64,000 nt of DNA, taken from positions 9,281 to 73,280 of the forward strand of contig CAIRFN010000011.1 of assembly GCA_903877885.1 (NCBI GenBank), given 5' to 3'. The translations under genes and the position numbers were made by a program. This stretch comes from an uncultured Candidatus Berkelbacteria bacterium. Its GTDB lineage: Bacteria; Patescibacteriota; UBA1384; UBA12157. Position 1 is the first letter of the stretch. The number at the start of each line of letters is the position of its first letter. Under the pieces are notes generated by a model, which was given only the letters and a program-made list of their open reading frames with translations, was not told the origin of the DNA and did no database searches. Of the stretch, positions 26,992 through 38,900 are shown in pieces.

Positions 26992-27036
26992 AAAAAAATC
27001 GCCTGACCAATTGGTTCGGCGATTTTTTATTTTTTG
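26992..27036 (-). terminator. Rho-independent terminator after the 27045..27410 gene
   Basis: AATCGCC...GGCGATT hairpin at 26997-27024, flanked by an A-run upstream and a T-run downstream. Confidence 0.5.
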
Positions 27037-27044
27037 AGAATTTG

Positions 27045-27410
27045 CTAAGCTTTTACAGCGCTCTTAATACCAGATTTTAAACCATCATAGACAGGGGTGA
27101 TGGAATTAAAATCAGTTCTAACTGTTGCCCAGTCGGTGGCATTTTGAATATCAGTTTTCATTTGGTTCATAATAGTAATATCGTTATTAACAATATTAAT
27201 TAAGAACGATTTGCGGTCAGTAGTGATATTCTTTTTGGCATTGATAATAGTAATTTCTTTATTAAACCAACTTATTTCGGCGTTAATTTTATTGACACCA
27301 CTAGTTTTTTTGGCTGCAATCTGATTAGTATTAGCAGTCGAGGCAAAAGCAATTGCCGGAATTAACACGGCTGCGATTGCGATAGTAACGATTAAAAGTC
27401 TTGTTTTCAT
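27045..27410 (-). CDS. Small secreted protein
   Basis: 121 aa with a signal peptide (MKTRLLIVTIAIAAVLIPAIAFA). Asn/Ile-rich; no motif. Confidence 0.5.
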   Translation of the reverse strand: MKTRLLIVTIAIAAVLIPAIAFASTANTNQIAAKKTSGVNKINAEISWFNKEITIINAKKNITTDRKSFLINIVNNDITIMNQMKTDIQNATDWATVRTDFNSITPVYDGLKSGIKSAVKA

Positions 27411-27495
27411 TTTTACTCCTTTTTAATTATTTTTAATGCATCGACCGAGGCATTTGTTTTTATACTCTTATATTAACACATTTTTTATTTTTGTA

Positions 27496-27520
27496 CTAAA
27501 AAAGGGCCGGTTAAGGCCCA
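27496..27520 (-). terminator. Rho-independent terminator after the 27530..28417 gene
   Basis: GGGCC-ggttaa-GGCCC hairpin with a plus-strand A-run (minus-strand T-run). Confidence 0.45.
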
Positions 27521-27529
27521 GTAAAATAT

Positions 27530-28417
27530 TTACCAGTCATGGAAAAATGGTAAACATTTGATTAAGTTAGTTTTAGAATTGTAACTGAAAATTACTGTAG
27601 ATTGCTCCATACCATCAATAGCAATATTTAAGCTGATAAAACTCCAAATAATAGGAGTTCGCTTCACAAATTCAATATTGAAGCTTTTAAAATAATATGG
27701 ATTTAGTTTGATAAATTTCAGTAATTTGATCCGACTCTCGTCATCCATTTGTTGTAAAATTTTTGTTAAATCATCTTTGTTTATTAATGCTTTTTTAAAT
27801 TCAATAATAAAATGGTTTAGTAGTGGTGAAAAATCTTGTTGAGGAATTTTGCTTAAGAATTCAGGATCGATTTTAATTACAATATCTTTTTTAATACAAA
27901 CATGGCGATTCTTCCAAAATTCTTGATGGTAACTTAACTGATCATCACTAATCCAATGAGCGAGGGTGATATCATTGCAATTTATTTTTTGATTAGCTAA
28001 TTGGCCGTCGATCCAATAAATGATTTTTTTAATCGGATCAAAAATACCGATCATACCGACATAGGTAAGAGATTGATTTTCATCCTCTTGGTTAATTTTC
28101 TCATTCGTATTTAAATTAGAAAAATATATTAATAATAAGCCATTTTTTGACCAGGCAAGACTTAATGCCTGTCCATAACCTTGACCAACACTTTCACTGG
28201 TGGCAGAATCTGGATTTAAAGGGTACGGCCATGTGATTTGTTCAAAGGTTTTGTTGTAGTCGTAACTAACAAAAACCTGTTGACCACTGTCATTAAGTCC
28301 TTGGTCAAGTTTTACACTTATCCGGCCGTCTTTCGGTGACACAAGAATGGTTGGATTGGCCATGATTGGCAAGGTCAGCCATAAACTAACCAATAGCAGA
28401 ATTGTTAAGTTGCGCAT
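27530..28417 (-). CDS. Secreted hypothetical protein
   Basis: 295 aa with a signal peptide (MRNLTILLLVSLWLTLPIMANP). No motif. Confidence 0.5.
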   Translation of the reverse strand: MRNLTILLLVSLWLTLPIMANPTILVSPKDGRISVKLDQGLNDSGQQVFVSYDYNKTFEQITWPYPLNPDSATSESVGQGYGQALSLAWSKNGLLLIYFSNLNTNEKINQEDENQSLTYVGMIGIFDPIKKIIYWIDGQLANQKINCNDITLAHWISDDQLSYHQEFWKNRHVCIKKDIVIKIDPEFLSKIPQQDFSPLLNHFIIEFKKALINKDDLTKILQQMDDESRIKLLKFIKLNPYYFKSFNIEFVKRTPIIWSFISLNIAIDGMEQSTVIFSYNSKTNLIKCLPFFHDW

Positions 28418-28473
28418 TGAACTAACCTCCTTAGAAAGTACTCATATTTTAAAGCATAATTAGGAAATTGTCA

Positions 28474-28502
28474 ATTAAAAAAGCGATTGACAAACAATCG
28501 CT
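28474..28502 (-). terminator. Rho-independent terminator after the Cys-rich protein gene
   Basis: GCGATTG-acaaa-CAATCGC hairpin with a plus-strand A-run. Confidence 0.45.
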
Positions 28503-28522
28503 AGATAGATAGACGAACTAAA

Positions 28523-29158
28523 TCATTCCGGAGAATATTCCTTGGCCTCATTGATTTGCTCAATGGTAATAATATTGTCACGGAGTGAATCATAGAGTTT
28601 CTGAAGGTTTGGTAAATGCGCGTCGCAAGCGGCGATTCGGACTTGAACCTTATCGGGAGCTGATCGGCGGTAAACTGGCCGTGCGCCGCGACCAACCATT
28701 TTAACAATCCTGTGAGCGGCGTCTACACACTGGACTTTGGCAATGATGGCATTAAGGGAAGCGCGGCCAATGCCATCGCGATCTTTGGTGCCACAAATGA
28801 AGCAGGGGCAGACGTCGAAGTAAAATCGACTGGCGGCATGAAAGAATTCGCCGCCGGTTTCCGGTCGAAGATCCGGATTGTCGTAACAGGGCGTGTCACT
28901 GCGCGGATGGGCTTGGAGATTCGGGTAGTAATAACTTCCGTCAAGGTAACGAAAGTTGAGAGAAGAAATCTTTACTCCATCAACTAAAATGCAACAAATT
29001 TTTTCACAATCCTTATTAGTACAGCGCCAACCGACGGTTCCGTGATCTGATTGAATAATATAACCAGAGTGATAACCACAATGCGGGCAACCGTAAAGGT
29101 GGTGATCAGAAGCGGAAACAGCAATGACTGTTTGCTCGGGTTTTATTCCTGTAGTCAT
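28523..29158 (-). CDS. Cys-rich hypothetical protein (putative zinc-binding)
   Basis: RBS AAGGAG 6 nt upstream of ATG 29158 (MTTGIKPEQ...). The ORF track extends to 29203. Multiple CxxC pairs (CPHCGYHSGY, CTNKDCEKICC, CPCFICG). Confidence 0.5.
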   Translation of the reverse strand: MTTGIKPEQTVIAVSASDHHLYGCPHCGYHSGYIIQSDHGTVGWRCTNKDCEKICCILVDGVKISSLNFRYLDGSYYYPNLQAHPRSDTPCYDNPDLRPETGGEFFHAASRFYFDVCPCFICGTKDRDGIGRASLNAIIAKVQCVDAAHRIVKMVGRGARPVYRRSAPDKVQVRIAACDAHLPNLQKLYDSLRDNIITIEQINEAKEYSPE

Positions 29159-29687
29159 GAAATTCTCCTTCGGAATAGATTGTTCAAGGAACATATTTAT
29201 CATTTTATATTATTTTAAGGTTATTTTCAATAGGTTGAATACCCCGTCGGCACTGCCGCGGGAATGAAAACCTATGGAAACAAACTTTTCCGGTAGGAAT
29301 ACCTCGTCAGCTTTGCAGCGAGGTAGTTTATTTTCAAGCCTTTGTATTTCGTCAAATAAAAATCGAATGATTTTTCAATCATATTTGTCTATTCAAATTG
29401 TAAATTGTTTGCCATAATGTAAACATCCCCCAAAACTCGTTTTAGTTCGGGGCGTGTTGCTGGTGTTTACAAAGAACACAATTTTTAGTTGATGCTTGAT
29501 ATCAATTTTGATATTTGTATCAGTTAATTTGTGATTATTCTTTGGCACAAAAAGGCGATTTAGCTAAGCTATTTAATTGTTTTAGTTAAATTTAAAAAAG
29601 CTGTGAGATATCAGTAATTTTTAGAGATTGCCAAAAAATGGCACTTGACAAATATTTTCATATTTGCTTATTTGGTGTACTTAAAAG

Positions 29688-29764
29688 TTATCCACAGTTT
29701 ATCCACAGAAAATATTAAATAATCTAAAATTAAACCTGTTGAAAATAGATTCGAATTATCCACA
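29688..29764 (+). promoter_or_regulatory. Cluster of three perfect DnaA boxes (TTATCCACA) upstream of the giant gene
   Basis: TTATCCACA at 29688-29696, 29699-29707 and 29756-29764, all in the same orientation, inside an AT-rich 730-bp leader. Confidence 0.5.
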
Positions 29765-29934
29765 TCTATTGCGCGCAATTGGTGCTAATGGTAAGATAAA
29801 TAGAGAGTTAACAAACCTGTTATTAACCAAGAAAAAAGGCGAGCGACCGCATTTTTAGTTAACAAATTACATATTATTTTTTATTACGAAAACACGCTTA
29901 AGCGTGAGTTACAGAAATTAATTAGGATATAAAA

Positions 29935-32900
29935 ATGGCTCAAGGAGAGGGTTCAATTTATCCGGCGCCGACTCATAAACGCGTCAACGAATTAGACGAA
30001 AAACTAATTCAATTACAAAAAAGCACTCGGGCATCTATCCCGGCAATGGTTTGGTTTCATGATACTTTGCGCCAGAAATTTCGCTGGTATTATGCTTGGC
30101 ATATGAATGCTTGGTCAAACGCGGTGCACTGGAGTCTTTTGACCGGCTACACCGTGGCGGCTGTGGTTTTAATGGTGACTTTAGTGGCTAAAGGCCCGGC
30201 TCATCAGATTTTTGCTGCCAGTAAACAATCTTGGGCCACGGCCGATGATTGGAAAAATTGGAAATTGGAAAATTTGGCTGTGACAGCAGACGGTATTCGT
30301 TTAGCTCAAAGATCAGTCCAAGGAATTTCGACCCAAAGAATAGCTCAAGTAGTCGAATCAGCGACGCCAATTATTTCTGCTCCAGCGATCCCAGAAATTT
30401 CAGCTACTCCGTCGGCTAGCGAAATCGCAAGTCCAACTGTCTCGGCGACTGCCAGCCAATCAGCTAGCCCCAGCGCCACTCCGACTGCGACTGAATCGAC
30501 CTTGGCTACTCCAACGCCGTCAACGTTGCCAACCGAATCAACGACTTTTGCTACAACTGGTACAGCGACAATTAGTTTTGATCCTCATGATCAAGAAATT
30601 GTTGATTGGCTCGGTTCAGAAATTTCCGATGAACTAAACGGTGGCCAAATCAAGGTTGAATTTTCGACCGATAATATTTTATGGACTGAAGATGCTAAAA
30701 CTCTAGCCAATTCCAATTCGGCTTATTTGCGTTTAACCTTATCAACGACCGATATTACCACTAGTCCGGTTCTCAAAACCTTTGCCGTCGATTTTTCCCG
30801 ACTGCCAAAAACACCAACCGATCTTAAAGTGTCGGCTGAAACTAGTTTCTTAACTTCTGGCCAAGTTCTTTCGGCTGGCACATTCACTGATCCAGACAAT
30901 GATATTCATCAGGCTTCGGAATGGCAAGTAACTAACCAATCGGGCGAATATACGACTACTTTGGTTGATTCCGGTATTGATACTAAAAATTTGACTACTT
31001 ATACTGTTAGCCGCAAACTGACCGACGGCAATTATTATTTCCGTGTTCGTTATCAAGATTCCACTGGCGCCTGGTCGCCATGGAGCGCGGAATGCGGTTT
31101 TATTGTGGCTGGCAAATCGGTTAGCGTAGTGGGTGACAAACAAATTCCTAAAGACAAAAATGAAATTGTGACCAAGCGAACAGAAACGACTAAAACGATT
31201 GATAATAAAAACGGTACAAAAACTCTAGAATCTTTCAGCGGTATTATTCACTATAAAACAGATTACACTGATCCTAAAGCCCAATGGCTTGATATTAATC
31301 CTGATCATTACGTTGATTTCCCGGATTTTGTTTTGTATGACCAAATGCCTTCGACAGTTAAAGTTTACAAAGATAAAATTGGTTATGAAATTCAATCGCG
31401 CAAAACTGGCGAAAAATATACAGTGGAACTGCAAAATGTTGACGGCACGCCAGCAGTTTCCACAACAACTGGCGCCAACGGTTTAGTCAGTTGGGCAGAC
31501 ATTAATAATTCTAAAGCCAAAATTGAAGCCCAAAACAAATTAATCGGTCAATTTATTAATCCAGTTTTAGCTCAAGATTCGACCGATTCTTCAATTATCG
31601 ATAATGGCAATTTGAAATTTGAATTCCAAATTTCCGAAAATGGAGTCCGACTTTGGAAAACCATTGATGGCGCCGCCGCGCCAAAAAATTTCCAATGGAA
31701 AATCACCAAATCTGGTTCTGGTAATGACTTAAAGTTCCGCGACAACCCAGACGCTTATCAAATCGACGCTAATGGTTTGGCTCAAACTGATCAGAAAGTC
31801 ACCATTGATGCCAAAGTTATCGCCGGGGACAAGAATTCGACTTTCACTTGGCAAGAAACCGCACTAACCTCGGATTTAAAAATCGACACTGATGTCACTT
31901 TTAACCCTGATGCTTCGCCGGAAAATACTTCAGCCGACAGTTATATGTATCAAACCGGGCCGAGTGATTGGTTTGGTATGACTTATAACTATGGTAGCGG
32001 CTACGACAATACGGCCGCCAGCGGTCATTTTGCTGGTTGGTCATCATCGAATAATCAATATGATAATGTTTATCGCAGTATTTTCACCTTTGATACTTCC
32101 TCAATTCCATCTTCAGTCACAGTTAACTCGGCGACTTTCTCGGTTTATGGTACCGGTAAATCCGATGATAATTCCTGGGCGCCAAGCTTAAATGTCTATA
32201 GTTCTAATCCATCATATCCAAACTCTTTGTATTATTATGATTATTACTCCTTTGGTTCGACCGCTTTTGCCACGCCAATTGCTTATGCTAATTACAATAC
32301 TTCCGGTTACAATGATTTTGCTTTAAATAGCACTGGCATTTCGGCAGTTAGCTTGGGCGGAATTACCAAACTTGGTTTACGGACAACGGCTGATGCTGAA
32401 TCTAGTGACCCGGGTGTAGTCAGCGGTAGCACGGCTAATGCTTATTTCGACGGTTATTTTTCCGAGCAAGGAGATGGCTACAGACCAAAATTAGCCGTGA
32501 CTTATGTTGATGCTGGCACTTGCCGTTGGACCGGTTTAGGTACAGACACGAATTGGTCAACTCCGGAAAACTGGTCAGACAATACGGTGCCATCAAGTGT
32601 TTGTAATGTTATTTTCGACAGTACTTCGAGTAAGAATTCCAATATTGATACCAGTTTTGTTGGTTCAACTAAATCAATCAAATTGGATACTGGTTATGCC
32701 GGCGAATTAACTGCTAGCACTAATTTAACTAATAACGGTGACTTTATTTTGAACGCTGGAACTTTTACACCAGGTAGTCAGACGATTAATGTTGGTGGTA
32801 GCTGGACTAATGGCGGCGGCACTTTTAATAAAGGCACCTCGACAATTAATTTAACTGGCACCAATCCTAACACTACAATTCAGACCAATAGCCAACAATT

Positions 32901-35900
32901 TTATAATCTAAATGTAGCTGGTCAAATTGCGAACGATTCATATACTAAGCTTCTCATTCATGCTGATGGAGCAAATAATTCCAACAGCTTTACTGATGAA
33001 TCTGGTCATGCCGTGACAGCAAATGGCGATGCTAAAATTTCGACAACCACAAGTAAATTTGGCGGCTCATCAGCTTATTTTGATGGAAGCGGCGATTCCT
33101 TAAGTATTCCGGCCAGTTCCGATTTTAATATTGATAGTGACTTTACTTTTGACTTTTGGTTCAAATCGAATAGTACGACAAGATATACATCTTTCTTTAG
33201 TAATGAAGGCTCTGGTGGCGGTTGGACTCTTTTAATGAACAATGCCAATGCTTATGCTGGAGATATTGCTTTCTATGGTAATGGTGGTACTCCGGTGCCA
33301 TTAGTGACATCGACTGGTGGATATAATGATGGTAATTTCCACCACGTTGCCTTAGTCAGAAATGGTTCGAATTGGCAAATTTACGTCGACGGTACTTCGC
33401 GAGCATCTGTAACCAATGGCAATAATAATACTGCTGGAACTACTGCCTATATCGGTAATAATCATACATTTGCCAACCGAGATTTTGCTGGATATATGGA
33501 TGAAATTCGTATTTCTAAAGGTATTGCTCGTTGGACTGGTAATTTCTCTGTGCCAACGATTACTTATTTTTCCAGTAAATATACCTTAAGCTCCGATGTG
33601 ACTGTATCTAATAATACAGCTATTTCTGGTGGAACCTTAACTTTGGGAAGTTACAATTTATCAACGAACAATCTTTCTCAAACTGGTGGTATTCTGACGA
33701 ATACGAGCGGTGCAATTTCAGTGGCTGGTGATTTTAATCATACCAGCGGCACAACTACTAATACTGGCACTATTAATTTTACTAGCAATAATTCTCAAGC
33801 GGTTCACTCTGGCGGCGCTAATTTAGGCAATGTTAATTTTAGTGGTAACGGTACTTGGACTTTAGATGATGACGCTAGTTTTAAAGATGTTTCTTTAACC
33901 GGTGGAATTTTAGATTCTAATGGCAGAACTATTCATGTTTCGGGTAACTGGGCTAAAGACCTCGGTAATTTTACTTCAACCGGTTCAATAGTTGATCTAA
34001 ACGGAGCGACTGGATCGACTCAAATTATCAGTGGAGACACAACTTTTCATAACCTAACTTCTACCACCACCGGAACAAATACTCGAACTTTGGAATTTGC
34101 CGATGGCTCAACCCAAACAATTGATGGAACAGTGACATTCACTGGCACGGTTACAAATTATTTAACGTTGCGTTCAGTTAGCAATACGGCTGACTTCCAT
34201 ATTAATCCAAGACTTCATTCAGTTAACTATGTTAATGTTACGCATTCCTATAATGATAATTCCGGCCAAATTATTGATCCAATTTACTATATTAGCGGCG
34301 GTAACAACACCAACTGGTTTTCGGCGCCAACTTTAAGTTCGATTTCGCCAAATAATGCGGCGGTGGGTACAAAAATTACTATTATTGGCACAAATTTTGG
34401 CGGTGTTCAAGGTGCATCGACCGTGACAATTGGCGGAACTTCGGCAACCGTGGCTTCTTGGAGTGCGACTGCGGTTGTAGTCACCGTTCCTTCAGTTTCG
34501 ACTGGCAGTCAAAATGTGGTGGTGACAACTGCTGGCGGCGCTTCTGGTAGTGTTAGTTTATCGGTGATTGGTGGCACAACAAAAAATTGGGATACGAACA
34601 GCGAATTAAGTGGCTTATCACTTTCCAGTCTTGGTTTAAATACAGCTAATAATACTGTTAGCGTTGGTACAACTGGTTCGAGTTATAGTTATTCTAGTAC
34701 GATTGGTACGACAGCTGGCTCGGCCACAAATCAGCTTTATTATCCAAGAGGAGTAACTTTTGATAGTGCTGGTAATATCTGGATTGCTGACTATTATAAT
34801 CAACGGTTGAAAAAATATAATAGCGCTGGTGTTTATCAATCTTCAATTACTGGTATTTATGCTACTCAAGTCGCATTTGATTCATCGGGGAATATTTATG
34901 CTTCTAGTTACTCTAATGGTCTAATCTACAAATATAATAGTAGTGGAACTTATTTGAGCGCAATTGGTTCAGGTTATCTTTCCTCACCTACTGGTCTGGT
35001 TATTGATTCTGCCAATCATATCTTTGTGGCTGATTATGGCGCTAGCCAAGTTTTGGAATTTAACACGTCTGGTACATTACTAGCTACGATTGCCACTAAT
35101 GGTTCAACTAATGGTAAAGTTAGCTATCCAGCTGGTTTAGGCCTTGACGCTAGCGGTAATCTATATGTGGCTGATGGAAGTAATAATCGAATTGAAAAAT
35201 TTGATAATAGTGGTAATTTTATGGCTGTGTTTGGCGGTTATGGCTCTGGTGATGGTCAATTTCAAAATCCAGAAGGGGTTGCAGTTGATAGCGCTGGTTA
35301 TATTTATGTTTCCGACAGTACTAATAATCGAATTCAAAAATTAGATAGCGCTGGAAATTATGTTAGCAAATTTGGTAGTTATGGTACAGGCAATAGTCAA
35401 TTTGAATATCCTTATGGTGTAACATTAGACTCGGCAAATAATCTTTGGGTGGCTGACTGTAATAATCATAAAATTAAAGTTTTTGCGCCAAGCTCGGTGG
35501 CTTATGCTGAATCTGGTTCAGCAGTGGCATCTAGCTATGACTCCGGTTCTTACGGTACAGTTTGGAATAAATTAAGTTGGGCTTATACTTATTTACCGAG
35601 TGGGGCAGCAATTACTGGTAAAATTCGGGTAGCTGATACGACAGCGGGACTAACAACAGCAACCTGGTCAAATTCTGTTTCCAATGGTGGCGCGCCACAA
35701 ATTTCTTCGGCTTCGCCAATCGGTCGTTACGCGCAAATTGAATATGATATTACTTCCAACACGGCTCATACTGATACGCCAATAATTGATTCTTTTGCTG
35801 TTAATTATACTCTGCATGCCGAACCAGTAATCACGGCAATTGCGCCGACTTCGGCTGCGCCTGGCACGAAAATTACTCTGGGTGGATTTAATTTTAGTAC

Positions 35901-38900
35901 TGGCGATACAGTTAAATACGGCACAACCGATGTTTCTTCCTCTGCCCAATTTGGGACTAATTTAGTCACCGCTACTTTGCCTAGTAATGCCACCACTGGT
36001 CAAGCTTGGTCAATTACTAATAGCCATGGTACAGGTTATTCTTCAGCTTATACCGTGACTAGTCAAAAAGATGTTACTTGGGATACCCAATCTGATTTGG
36101 AAGGTAATTCCAATGTGACATATTCTGGGACTCAAGTTCAAGATCATGAAACTGTCAAAATCGGCGGCGGCGATGGTTTTCAATGGTCGGCCACAACCAA
36201 TATCAATGCCACGAATAGTAATATATATATGAATTATCCATTGGCTTACACGGCTGATGATTCTGGTAATATTTACGCTAACGTTTATAATGGCAGTTCC
36301 TATGTTATTCAAAAATTTGCGCCTGACGGCACACCGGTGACAAACTGGTCAGCATCTAGCTATGGTTTGGCTTTCGATCATGCTTCTGGCAAAGTTTTTT
36401 CCCTAAATTATAGTGGTGTTGATAAGTACACGACCGGCGGTAGCTATGACAGTTCTATCAGTTTCTCTGGCGCACCAACTGGTATTAATTATCCAAGTAG
36501 TTTTTTGGTTGATGCTTCAGGTAATATCTATGTTGATGATTATTACTATGATTATGATTCACATTTCTACGTTGATAAATTTAACAGTTCTGGCGTTTGG
36601 CAAGCCAGATTTGCCTACAGTAGTGGCAGCTACGAGTTTTCTAGCTATTCCTACTATATTAATGGATTTGGCGTTGATGCCTCTGGCAACTTATCATTAT
36701 TAGCTAGTGGCAAAGTTTATCAATATGCTCCAACTGGTGGAATGTCGATTACTAACTGGACGCCATCATATAATTTAGGTTCAATTAGTGTAACTTCTAC
36801 TGGTGACGTGATCGGGTTAGACACTTCGAACTATGCGATTCGCGATTATAGTAGTACCGGTACTTTAAAGAGTTCAATCACATCTTTTAATGGTGGTGAT
36901 ACCTTTAACTTTAATTATGGCGAAGTGACTCAACCGTTTATTAGTGCGGCTGGGACAATGTTTGTCTTTGACTTTAGAAACGATTATTCTAACCATTTTG
37001 TCACATTTGTTAATCCAACTTCAGGCACAGTCACAATTACCACTAACGGTCAAAGCGGGGACGCGACAGCAACTAAAACTTGGAAAACAGCCAGCTGGGC
37101 TTATACGGCAATGCCAACTTCGGCCGTGGTTTCAGCTCGAGTTCGTACCGCCGCTGATAATGCTGGCGCTCCAGATACTTGGGGCGATTGGAGCAGTACA
37201 GTTAGCACTAATGGTGGTAATATTCAAACTTCAGGTGATTTTCCAACCGGCGCGTGGGCTCAAATCGAATATACTTTAGCCGCATCGAGTGCCGATAATT
37301 CGCCAATTGTTGATGCTTTCAATGTAAGTTATAATTTGGAATCTTCCGGTCCAGTGGCGCCAACGGTTACAACATCGGCGGCTGGTGATATTACTTCAAT
37401 ATCAGCTAACTTAAATGGTGATATTACTAACACTGGTGGCGAAAACGCGACTGAAGCCGGTTTTGATTATGCGGTTGATTCTTCAACTGGTCATGATTGT
37501 ACTTCGCTTGGGACAACAGCTCAAGCGAAAAATACCAGTAGTTATGGCACTGGCGTGTATCAAATTACTACTGGTTCTAATTTGACCATTGGCACATATT
37601 ATTGCGCTCGTGCTTATGCTACTAATTCGGCCGGAACCGGTCATGGTAGTTATGTCAGTTTTAAAACTTTAGGTCCACAAATTTCCGGAACATATGACGG
37701 CGCTTCTGGCACGGTTAAAGTGGCGGTTAATGGTGTGCTTGATGCTTCTTCAGTAGCGGTTTCTTCTGATTGGACTTTAAATTTAACAACCACTCCAACC
37801 ACTGACCAAGCGATTGTGATTTTTGTGGACTCTCCAGCAACCGGTGAAAATGCTGTCACAGTGACCAAATATGATGGCGCAGATATTGCTAATTTGACCT
37901 TAACTAAAGGCGCGGTAACGATTGGCCAGACCGATCCAACTAGTCAAACTGTGGTTAATAATACTGATATTGGAACTTATACTTCAGCCAATGATAGCGA
38001 TGTAATCACGGCAATTTCTAGTACAGATTTAACTGTAACTGGGAATTTAATCATTAGCGCTGGTGATATTAAATATGCTCTTGACGGCAATACCACAGTT
38101 AGCGGTAACTGGACAAATGCCGGGACTTTTGATGGCGGTCAGTCAACAGTTTATCTAACTGGCGACGCCCATATTTCTGGTAATACAACCTTTAATAATC
38201 TTTCTGCCACAACAGGGGATAAGACAATTTCTTTTGTTGGCGCTTCGACGCAAACGATTACCGGTACTTTAACACTCAAAGGCACCAATAATCATAATCT
38301 GATTTTAACCGGTTTCGGTTCCGGGACTCAATTATGGTCAATCAACCCAACGGCTTGGGATATTGATTATGTCACAGTTAGCTATTCGACTAACCAAGCT
38401 TCCAGTCCGATCAATCCGTCTCACTGGACAAATAGTGGTAATAATACGAACTGGGTCACAGCCGCACCAAGTGGTGTAACTCTAGATACTCCGACAACAA
38501 CCGGTTTTACGGCTCATTGGACTGAATCAATTCAAAACGGCACTGGTTACAAAATTTATGTCACTTATACAATCTCTAATAATGATTGTTCACAAGCTAC
38601 TTATCCTGGTACGCCAACATACACAATTAATAGTTCAGCGACTTTATCAAAATTAGTCACCGGTAGAAATCTAGATACTCAATATTGTGTTATGGTCAAA
38701 GAAACAAGTGCTACGGGAGATTCGGCGCCAGCATATTCTAATCTACTTTATACCTTAGCTAATACACCAAATACACCAACGGTTTCTACGCAATCATCAA
38801 GCGCAATCAAGGTGACGATAGATGCAAACACAAATCGCCCAACTACAACTTATGCCATTAAGGTTGTAAACGGTGCGACAACCAAATATTTAGCTGTTAA

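Noticed and set aside
29688-29764. Calling the DnaA-box cluster the chromosomal oriC outright
   Set aside because: No dnaA/dnaN in the window, no visible strand-composition switch at this point, and a second box cluster at 4220-4248. Reported as a candidate regulatory or origin-like site rather than an annotated origin.
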